From a virus, in the IMG/VR virus record IMGVR_UViG_3300014206_000042: a stretch of DNA of 32,348 nt; one strand, given 5' to 3'. Below, piece after piece: positions 22,087-31,329 of the stretch (positions within the stretch are counted from its first letter, which is position 1; each line of letters starts with the position of its first letter). The translations under genes and the position numbers were made by a program. The notes below the pieces were generated by a model. The model saw nothing but the letters and a program-made list of their open reading frames with translations. It ran no database searches and was not told the origin of the DNA.

Positions 22087-23546
22087 TGACAAAAAAGACT
22101 TATAAAATATTTGATGTAGAAAATCTAGATATTACTAAAAGTAATAGAGTTGCATTAGGGAATTCTTTTTTAGAAATGGTTTTTTTATCTGATAAACATG
22201 TAATTGAATCAGAAAAAACAATTCGAGCAGTAATTAATGATCAACCAAATATTTCTATTTCTAGCACTTGGGAAGATAGTCCAATGACTTCTATAGGTCA
22301 AAATATAAGTCGTTTTTTACAAAATCCAATAATTGATTCAGTCGCTCAACAGTCAGTTAATTACCAAAAATTAACATTAACCGATGAATATTCTAAAAAA
22401 TTCTATGCCGGTATATCTGATATTACTTTTGATATATCATTTAGATTATATCAAGATTCTTTTTTTAAAACAACTAACCCAATAATTGCATTTAAAAATA
22501 TAATTAATGCCTTATTACCTAAAAAAACATTTAATTTTTCTGACGCATTTAGTAATATAGAAGATGCATTTAATTTAACCTCTACAGCCGGTACTAAAGC
22601 AATAAATTCTTTTTCTACTACTTATAATCAATTATCTTCAATAATAGATTCTACTGGAGGAGAAACTACTACAAATATTTTAAATAATTTAGCTTCAGAT
22701 ATTAATAGTGTAATGTCGTCAGTGGCAAAAAACCAGGCATTAGGTAATAGTTATTTTCTTTTAAAATTAGGATATGATTTATTAGGTTTTGCTTATCCAA
22801 TGGAAGTAGTTTGTACTAATTCTTCTTTTGAATTTAGTAAACAAACTTGGTATAATGAAACACAAAAAAAATATCAACCTTATTTTATAGATTTTAATAT
22901 GTCTTTTACAACTTTATGTACTCCAAGTCTTAATACTTGGAAAAAATATATTAATGGATCAAATGATTCTAGTTTATCTAAAATTCAAGAACAAAATGTG
23001 AAAATAAGTCAAAATCCAATTAAAATAGATGAATTAAATACTAGTGCAATAAATGAAGCCGTTCTTCAGGAAATAGAAAATAAAACTGGTATAAAAGCTA
23101 CTAGAGAAAATACACAAACCGCTAATAATACATATAAATTATTAAGGTCAAATATAGAAAATATCGTTAAAGAAAATAAAAATCAAAATTATACTGCTAA
23201 ACCGATATTAACTATAATACAGTCTGCTTTACGAGAAGGAGAGGTACAAGTAGATTTAGCAGATCAAATTAATTTAAGTGATTATGAAGATATTTTTGAA
23301 TATGATAATTCCGGTAAAATAACAATTAAAGATCAAGTAGCGGCAGATGTTATATTAAATATAGATACAAATAATGGTAAAAGTATTCTTAAAAATGAAA
23401 CATTAACAAATGCTGCTGTAGGACGTCAGACATATGGAAATAGTGGTGTTTCATTAATAAATACTGAAACTAATGACCTTGAACTTAGAAATGGTAATAT
23501 AATTACTAATAATCAAACTATACCGGTAACATTTAGAGAGGAATAA
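22086..23546 (+). CDS. Tail/baseplate structural protein, paralog of the previous gene; no in-frame CGG
   Basis: Intact 486 aa ORF sharing LTDEYxxKxF, FRLYxDS, NPIxxFK and PYxIDFxxS motifs with 21221-22086. Confidence 0.75.
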   Translation: MTKKTYKIFDVENLDITKSNRVALGNSFLEMVFLSDKHVIESEKTIRAVINDQPNISISSTWEDSPMTSIGQNISRFLQNPIIDSVAQQSVNYQKLTLTDEYSKKFYAGISDITFDISFRLYQDSFFKTTNPIIAFKNIINALLPKKTFNFSDAFSNIEDAFNLTSTAGTKAINSFSTTYNQLSSIIDSTGGETTTNILNNLASDINSVMSSVAKNQALGNSYFLLKLGYDLLGFAYPMEVVCTNSSFEFSKQTWYNETQKKYQPYFIDFNMSFTTLCTPSLNTWKKYINGSNDSSLSKIQEQNVKISQNPIKIDELNTSAINEAVLQEIENKTGIKATRENTQTANNTYKLLRSNIENIVKENKNQNYTAKPILTIIQSALREGEVQVDLADQINLSDYEDIFEYDNSGKITIKDQVAADVILNIDTNNGKSILKNETLTNAAVGRQTYGNSGVSLINTETNDLELRNGNIITNNQTIPVTFREE

Positions 23547-23549
23547 TAA

Positions 23550-25772
23550 ATGATTAGATATTCTAGAATTCAATTTGAAGGCGATCAATTATTTTTAGAT
23601 GGTTCTTGGCAAACATCTGGTATTTCTCCTATTACAGGAATAAATAATGAAACTACTGAAATTCATAATACTTCAGATAATACTGAAAATGGTTCTTATG
23701 ATGAAAATGACATTATTACAACAATAAATGCCGGAGATGAAGCTACATTATTAAATTCTGAATTTAATTTAAATGTTGAAGGTTTTTTAAAAAATATAGT
23801 ATTAGATAAAATACCTCCTGAATTACTAAATGATAATAGTACTTATGCTGGTATAAATTCTTATTTAATTTCTTTAAATCTTTTTGAAAAATATGGCATT
23901 TCATATAGAACTATTAAAATTTCATATTGTCCAGATATTATAGTTAATCCTGATACTTCAACTTATATAGCAATATATGATGGACCATCAACTAAAGAAT
24001 TATCAAATAAATATGGAGAATTTTTAAATAATCTTAAAATAGAAAAAAATACAAATAATTATAATTTATCCTTTTTATTAGAAAATACAATTGGCCATAT
24101 TTCTCAAAATGGATTAAAAATAGAAATATATGATTACGCCGGAAACGGTTTAATTTATTTTAATGATAATTCTTTTTTTACAGTTAAGAAAATAGATTTT
24201 ATTCCTGTAGAAATAAGTTTTTCAAATATTGAACCTCCTAATATGTTTGTAACACCAACTGAAATAGGAAAATGTAAAGTTTCAGTTTATAATCCAGAAT
24301 ATAATAACAGTTTATGGGGTTCAAGAATAGTAGCAAGATTATTATCTGATTCAGTTCGGAGTAATTACAACTTCTACTATGCAACTATCAAAATTACATT
24401 CGGATGATTCAGGTATTAATTTATTAACTTTTGAAGTTGATAATATAGTATCTTCTCGGGATATTATCAGTAGAAGCCTGGGTAGATGTTAATGGAAATG
24501 ATTCGTTAACTACAGCCATAGCGGCTGCAACATATAATACCGCTTCTTTAGGTAGTTGGATAAGTGAATGTGCGGATAATAATAGAAAATTAAATTTTAG
24601 ACAATATGTACCGATGTACTTAAAAGAAGATACAGAAATTTATCAATATGTTAAATTCATGGAAGATTTTTTTAATACTGTATATTTAGAAGATACTTGT
24701 AATATCGGAATTTTAGAAAAAATAGATAGAATAAAAAGAGCATATGATTTAAATAAATTAGATGATAAATATTTAATGTATTATAATGATAAATTTGGTT
24801 CTGAATTAAATATTAGCCTTAATGATATACAAGAATTAATAGATGTAAATAATCTTTCAGATAAAATTTTATATAGATATGTAAGAAATTTATATCAAAA
24901 TATTCCTTTTATTAATCAATATAAAGGTTCTAATGCTGCAATAATTATAATTTTAAAATGTTTTGGTTGTTTACCAGTTTTGATTCAAAAATGGATTTCT
25001 AGAATAGAAGGGGATTCTTCTATGATAGAAATGGAACAAACCGATTTATCATATGAAAAACAAACTTCATATTTTGATCCTAGATATTATTATCAATATG
25101 ATCAATTAAAAGATTATTATCTATCTTCTCATTTTTCAATAGATTTAGGTTATGATGATAAATCTATTAAAGAAGTTGAAAAAAATGCAAAAACTTTAGT
25201 AAAAGTTATTTCCAATGTAAAACCAATTTCAAGAGTATTGGATGATTTATGGTATACAATTAAAACTTATTTTGATGGTTATTTAAATTATAATAATAAT
25301 AACATTTATGATAATAATATAGGATTTGAAACAATTCAATATTATTGGTCTACAATAGAAGATAAATCTTGGTTAAATGTATATACGAAAGGAGCATTCG
25401 TAGAATCAATTGATAATGGTAAATTAGTTACATTAACATTTGGAACTAATAATACTCTTAAATGGACTGGAAAAGGAACACAAAGAAGTCAAGGACCTTA
25501 TTATAATAAAGAATCAAATTCATATGATTTTTGGTATAATATCTTTCATAATTTAGAATTACATAATGATTATCAATTTTGTTTAAATTGGGATAATGGA
25601 ACTAATAAATATATTTTTACTAAAGACAATTATAAAATAAAAATTTTAGATGATACAATAGAATTATATTTATATGGTTTAACCGCTCAATCAATTCCAG
25701 AAAATACAATATTTACTATTTGGTGTTATAAAGCTCGGAGAAGAAATTCAAACATTTAATTATAGTTTTTAA
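23550..25772 (+). CDS. Large structural protein, reconstructed across CGGA 24357, CGGG 24457 and CGGA 25736
   Basis: ...RLLSDSV[G]VITTSTMQLSKLHSDDSGINLLTFEVDNIVSS[G]ILSVEAWVDVNGNDSLTTAIAAATYNTASLGSWISECADNNRKLNFRQYVPMYLKED...IWCYKA[G]EEIQTFNYSF*. Confidence 0.8.
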
Positions 25773-25825
25773 GATAATAAATAGAATAAGAATATAGAAA
25801 AATATTAGTTAAAAGGTTTAAAAAT

Positions 25826-28285
25826 ATGTCAACAAATGGTGAATTAAAATTAACTAGAGAAGGAAAAAATACAATTGTAAAACAACGTGAAAATATGCGC
25901 GTTGATATTTATGGTTATATTCTTATTAATGATCCTCTAAAAATAATGTCTTCCTTAAATATAGAAAATCTAACTTTAATTGAACTTCTTTCTAATACAT
26001 CTTTATCATTTATTTTCAAAAATATAGCTTATAGTGCAGGTGTAGATCGGGTATTTAATTGCCAAAGATTCTTCTATTTATAATAATGCACTAAATTCAC
26101 CAAATAATTATTTATTTGATAGTGAATATTTACCAAATGCAGCAATAGTAACAGATGATGGAGCTTCTGTTGGAACTTTTCAATTTGATTTATCAGTGAA
26201 AAATATTAATGTAGAATTAAATACTGATGCTAAATTTGATCATATAGCATTAATTTCACAACCATTTAATACTAAAGATAATAAATTAATTTATTTAACA
26301 GAACAATGTACCTTATTTGGTATAGTCGATTATGGCATTGATAGTACTCCAATTTTAACTAATTCTTCTATATTAAATGTTCGTTCTCAAGTTATTATGC
26401 AATTTAGTCCTAATAGTGCTAATTTTACAGCTTATCCTGAATTATTAAGTGGATTAGGAGGCTTTAATTTAGTTAATAATGGTTTATCAAGTTCAGGTAA
26501 TTTAATAATCGGAGCTAATAATATTAGTGCAATTTATGATGGTGAATTAGATGCAAATTATCCAACTACATCTACTTTATTTAATATGGCAATTTCAGAT
26601 ATCGGTGAATGGAATAACGGAGATAATTTTATTCCATTTTCAAAATTACAACTTAATGTAAAACATGAAGAAACTTCAAAAGCAACAAAACCTCAATTAA
26701 TGATTTCTCAATTTCAAGATGAATCTTCTGGTTCAGATTGGTGTGGAATTTTTCATCGTTTTAGTTATAATAATTCAGCAAATGAAGAAGATTTTAGTTC
26801 AGCTGTTGGACACTATGAAATAAGACCAATTGGAACATCAAATGTAGCTTATAGTTTTGGTTCTAATACTAATGTAAATAATTCTAAAAATGGATTTATT
26901 TTAGGTGGATATAATAATAATATTTTCAACAATAATAGATTACCCGGTAATACATTATTACCGGGTAATTCTGAAGGTTGTTTTATTTTAAATTCAGTTA
27001 ATAGTAAAATTTATGAAGGTTCTTCTGCAAATTCTTTTATCGAACATAGAATGCCTAGAAATGGTATAGTTCGGCGGATATCAAAATAGTATTTATCTTG
27101 ATACATTAAATCCAAATAGGATGAATATATTTGAAAATACAATTATTGGCGGATATAATAATAATATTTGGTCTTCTGGTATGAATTCTTCTATAAATGT
27201 AGCTAGAAATATAATTGTTCGGCGGTTATCAAAATAATATATCTAATAGTGCATATTCATATTCATTAACTGATTGTGCTATTTATAATGGTCAAGAAAA
27301 TAAAATTCTTAATGGACCAACTATTAGTGGAATAAATAATATTGATTCAGTTAGTGTTTTTGGTAAATATAACTATGGTATTAAAAGTGGTTCATTTATC
27401 TTAGGTAAATATAATAAATTCATTTCAGAAATGTATACAAGTGAAGATTCATTTATCATTGGTGGTGGTACTTCTGATTCAAATAGATTAAATCGTTTTA
27501 TCATAAATAAAAATGCAGATTTAGTATTAAGAAATAGTGTCAATGAATTTATAGCATTTAATCCAAATAATATTTGGAAAGATAATACTGGAACTACTTG
27601 GTCAGATGTTATTAGTGGAACAAATAAAGTAAAAAATAATTGGCAAAAATGGGATGCTGCATCTAATGATCTTTCAGCTATTTATAATTTATTATACGAG
27701 AATGATAAAATTTCACAAAGAAGAGTATTTACTTTAGATGATAGTTTAAAATATACGGCTAAAGTATTTGGTATTGATGATATACGTTATATTATTACTA
27801 ATGATTCAATTATACGACTAGATAAAAATTCAGGATTTACTGGAGAATATAGCGGATATACAGAAGCGGTAGAGGCAGTTAATTATGTTAAAGAAAAATG
27901 TAATATGACTGTATCTTTTGATGAATATAATACTTTTATTAATAATGTTCAAATAAATTTCTATGGTAATATATTACCTTCTGAATATATGCAATCATGG
28001 TTAGAAAATACTTCTAGTCATGATTATCCAGTATTCCAAATTCCAATGTTTCAATCTGGCGGATCTTATTATGATAAAATAAAAGATCAAACTTGGTATG
28101 GAAGTGTTACACATTATATTGATTATATCGGAAATACTAAAGAAAACCAAGTAATTAATGCCTCTACTAGATTTTTAAGTGATGTACCTTTACAAGGTAT
28201 TTTTCTAATATTAGATAAAGGATTAATAGATACAGTTTCTGGTAAAGAAGGTTGGGGTTTCAATTTTAATTTAAGTTTAGGATAA
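25826..28285 (+). CDS. Fibre-like protein with GGYxNxI repeats, reconstructed across CGGG 26048, CGGC 27072 and CGGC 27220
   Basis: ...YSAGVD[G]YLIAKDSSIYNNALNSPN...RNGIV[G]GYQNSIYLDTLNPNRMNIFENTIIGGYNNNIWSSGMNSSINVARNIIV[G]GYQNNISNSAYSYS...; the restored Gly completes the same GGYxNxI repeat twice. Confidence 0.85.
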
Positions 28286-28286
28286 T

Positions 28287-29172
28287 ATGGATAATAGTAA
28301 TTTAATAACTCGGATTAAATGATTTTTGGTCTGATAAAAAATTAGGTAAAAAAGTTGAAATGAAACAAAAGCATTATGAACTTTTAAAAAGTTATTTTGC
28401 TGGTTTATCTATTAGAGAATTTTTTGTTGAATTAGAAAAATCTATTTTAAATATTCAAACAACTAATTTTGTAAAATATTCTACAATGTATGAAAAAACC
28501 TTAGCTTCTCATTATTTAACAAATGGTTATTTAAATGCGGCATTAAATGTTACTTCTTCTCAACCTTCAGTAGGTCCAGGAGAATTTTTATTTGCTTCTT
28601 TATTTAAAAATATCGGATTTGCTCAAGATAATGGAGATTTAATAGAATTAAATTCTAATGCCATTATAGAAGTAAAACGGACAAAACCGGGCATTTATGT
28701 CGGAAGTAAAGAATTTATTGAGTTATCTGATTCTAAAATGAAAAATTTAATAGATAAATTTAAAATTGAAGAACATAAATCAATTAATACTAAATTATGT
28801 TTAGAATTAATATCTTATATAAAAGCTTCTTTAGATAAAAATAAAGATATTATATATATCGGAATGATATTACAAAATTTACAAAATGAATCTAGAAATT
28901 TGGCTAAAGCCTTTTTAGAATTAGTAAATAAAGAAGTTAAATTCTTATATGATAGTAATGAAGCTACTAATCTTTATTATTGTATTATTGCTATGCATTT
29001 ATATTCTTATTGTAAATTAAGAAATATAAGTTGGTTTATTGCCACTACAGAGGCCGGATTTAAGATATTTAAATCTCCAATAAATTTATTTGAATCTTAT
29101 GATATGTTAAAAGATTTTAAAATTACAACTTGGCCGATTAATAGTAAATCGGCTTCAATTATTTTGAGGTAA
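28287..29172 (+). CDS. Hypothetical phage protein, reconstructed across CGGA 28311, with three further CGGN at 28678, 28688 and 28701
   Basis: MDNSNLIT[G]LNDFWSDKKLGKKVEMKQKHYELLKSYFAGLSIREF...; the later cluster of three is frame-neutral. Confidence 0.75.
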
Positions 29173-29174
29173 AA

Positions 29175-29564
29175 ATGAATGAATTAGAAATCATAAAAAA
29201 ACAAAGAGATATTTTATTTGAATGCTTAAAAACTATTTCTAAATCCTCTAATACTCCAGAAGCAATTAAAATGCTATGTAATAATGCAGCAAAAAAAGCA
29301 AAGAATATACTAAATGAAGAATTTCCAGATTCTTTAGATTCTTCATTACCTACTATAATTGAAGATACTTCTCCATTAAAAGTCGGGGATAAAGTAAAAT
29401 CACTCAAAAATAAAATTTGTATATATCAAATAAAAGAATTTGGCCCAATAATTGAAAATACTCAATTAGTAAATTTAATAATAATTAAAATTAATCATAA
29501 AGACCAAAGTGGCTTAGGTTCACTTTCATATAATGTTCCAATTACCTTACTTCAAAGAGTATAA
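29175..29564 (+). CDS. Hypothetical protein, 129 aa, no in-frame CGG
   Basis: Intact ORF immediately after the previous stop. Confidence 0.7.
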   Translation: MNELEIIKKQRDILFECLKTISKSSNTPEAIKMLCNNAAKKAKNILNEEFPDSLDSSLPTIIEDTSPLKVGDKVKSLKNKICIYQIKEFGPIIENTQLVNLIIIKINHKDQSGLGSLSYNVPITLLQRV

Positions 29565-29694
29565 TAAATAGATGTTCTTTTAATCAGGAAGTATTGTTCT
29601 GGCTATTATTTTATTATTAGTATAGAAACTAATACTTAAAAATTAAAACTTAATTAAAGGTTCTTCTAAATTGAAAAAGTATTAAAATTAAAAA

Positions 29695-29719
29695 TGGCGG
29701 AATCAATATTTCCGCCATA
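29695..29719. other. Perfect inverted repeat / hairpin in intergenic region
   Basis: ATGGCGGAA-TCAATAT-TTCCGCCAT. Confidence 0.8.
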
Positions 29720-29808
29720 TGAATATATTTAAAGACTATTAATAAGGAATATTGATTCTTAATTTTAAAAAATAAAATCTTTATTAGTTTATAAATATTA
29801 AATAGATC

Positions 29809-29825
29809 AATCGGCAAAGCCGATT
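29809..29825. other. Perfect inverted repeat / hairpin in intergenic region
   Basis: AATCGGC-AAA-GCCGATT. Confidence 0.8.
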
Positions 29826-29916
29826 AAAAAAAGTTACAAGTGATTAAAAATATTTAACCCAACTTTTCATAATTAAAAAAGGTTATTAAATATTAAGTTT
29901 AAGGATTATATTAAAT

Positions 29917-31006
29917 ATGGCAATTTTAGATTTTTTTCAAAAAGATGTTAATAAAAATTATAAAATATTATCTAAAAATGGTTTTAGTACTTTTAATGGT
30001 ATAAGAAAACAACAAAAAGAATGTATTAAAATATTTTTTGAAAATCATGACCCAATTATAGTATCTAAAGACCATGTTTTTATAATTTTAGATTATGAAT
30101 TAGTAGCTCGGAACTTTACGAATAGGTGATACATTAGAAATATTAAATGATTTTATAGAAATATCAGGTATAAAAGATTTAGGTTTATTAGATGTATATA
30201 CTCCATTAGAAATGCAAAATGAAAATCATAGTTATTTAGCTAATGGTATTAATTCTAAAAATTGTTCATTTTTAGGATCTTCTAATACATTAATACAAGG
30301 TGAATTTTTAGATCAAATGCATTCTAGTGATCCGATTGAATATAAATATAATTATGCCATGAGAATTTGGGAATTACCTAAACCCCGGTATTTTATATGT
30401 TTTAGGCGTAGATACGGCCGGAGGAACAGGTCGGAGATTATTCTTTTATTCAAATAATTAAAATTTTAGATAAAGATCATTGTGAACAGGTAGCTGTATA
30501 TCAAAATAATTTAATTGCTCCTCATAAATTTGCCGAAATTGTAAATGAAGTAAATAAATATTACAATAATTGTCCTATTATGATTGAAAATAATGAAATA
30601 GGTGAAAAGACGGTAACTCCATTATGGTATGATTTAGAAAATGATAATATTTGTTGTACCGATCCTAAAGGAATTCGGAACACGTGCAACAAAAACTTCT
30701 AAATTATCTCGGCAATCTTAATCTTAAAAGAATGATAGAAGAACGGACATTTAATTATTCATGATATGGAAACAGTTAAACAATTATCTAGATATGAAGA
30801 AGTATCACCTAATGTTTATAAGTGTCCTCAGATAATACATGATGATGCCGTAAGTAGTTTATGGTTAGCCCTTTATTACCTTACTACATATTTTTATGAT
30901 CCTTCAGCAACTAATCCTGAATTATCAAGATCGAAAGAAGAAAATAATGAACCGACTAGAGATATTTTCTTTGATATGGATGATCCATTTGCAGAACGGA
31001 TTATAA
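29917..31006 (+). CDS. C-terminal half of the large terminase subunit, preceded by an atypical split-intein C-fragment; reconstructed across seven CGGN
   Basis: MAILDFFQKDVNKNYKILSKNGFSTFNGIRKQQKECIKIFFENHDPIIVSKDHVFIILDYELVA[G]TLRIGDTLEIL...DVYTPLEMQNENHSYLANGINSKN|CSFLGSSNTLIQGEFL...ELPKP[G]ILYVLGVDTAGGTG[G]DYSFIQIIK...TDPKGI[G]TRATKTSKLS[G]NLNLKRMIEE[G]HLIIHDMETVKQLSRYEEVSPNVYKCPQIIHDDAVSSLWLALYYLT...DDPFAE[G]L*. Confidence 0.9.
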
Positions 31007-31021
31007 ATAATATCAATTATC

Positions 31022-31267
31022 TTAATACATATAATCACATTTTCGTATTAAAAGCAAAGTATCATTGATTGAAAATCTGCTACTATTTTTAATAACAATT
31101 TCAATTGGACCCTGTTTAATTACTGCTTCACTTTTATTATTTAAAAGTGTATCAACTACGAATTCAACATCTTTAGAAGAATTAATATTTTTATATTGAT
31201 TATCTAAGAGAAGACAAGTAATATAACTAATAATTATAAAAACCATTAAAAACGGTAAAAATTTCAT
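31022..31267 (-). CDS. Small hypothetical protein with N-terminal hydrophobic segment, 81 aa
   Basis: MKFLPFLMVFIIISYITCLLLDN...; AGGAAAA upstream; convergent with the terminase gene. Confidence 0.65.
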   Translation of the reverse strand: MKFLPFLMVFIIISYITCLLLDNQYKNINSSKDVEFVVDTLLNNKSEAVIKQGPIEIVIKNSSRFSINDTLLLIRKCDYMY

Positions 31268-31306
31268 ATTTAATTTTCCTTTTTTATATATAATTTAGGA
31301 CGAAAA

Positions 31307-31329
31307 CCGCTAAATCTTTAGTTTAGCGG
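31307..31329. other. Hairpin at the 3' end of the IscB-like gene (terminator or mobile-element end)
   Basis: CCGCTAAA-TCTTTAG-TTTAGCGG; overlaps the stop codon region and is followed by TTTTCG on the minus strand. Confidence 0.6.

Noticed and set aside
29159-29407. Minus-strand ORF of 82 aa
   Set aside because: Antisense to 29175-29564 with no independent evidence.
29565-29916. Possible tRNA or CRISPR array in the intergenic region
   Set aside because: No cloverleaf, T-arm consensus or regularly spaced direct repeats; only isolated hairpins.
2857-31000. Sequencing or assembly error, or modified-base miscalling, adding a C before GG
   Set aside because: The extra base is always one C, always before an in-frame Gly GGN. 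I saw no case needing an extra C at the many TGG (Trp) codons or other out-of-frame GG dinucleotides. A technical error would not know the reading frame. I cannot inspect reads, so this remains the key control.
2857-31000. Classical programmed +1 frameshifting at slippery P-site codons or introns/bypassing elements
   Set aside because: Preceding codons are highly diverse, there is no shared upstream or downstream motif beyond CGG, and the skipped length is a single nucleotide relative to a Gly codon.
2857-31000. Stop-codon reassignment (alternative genetic code)
   Set aside because: TAA and TGA act as normal gene ends (e.g. TGA at 2616, 5240, 6132), and recoding stops would not restore the +1 frames.
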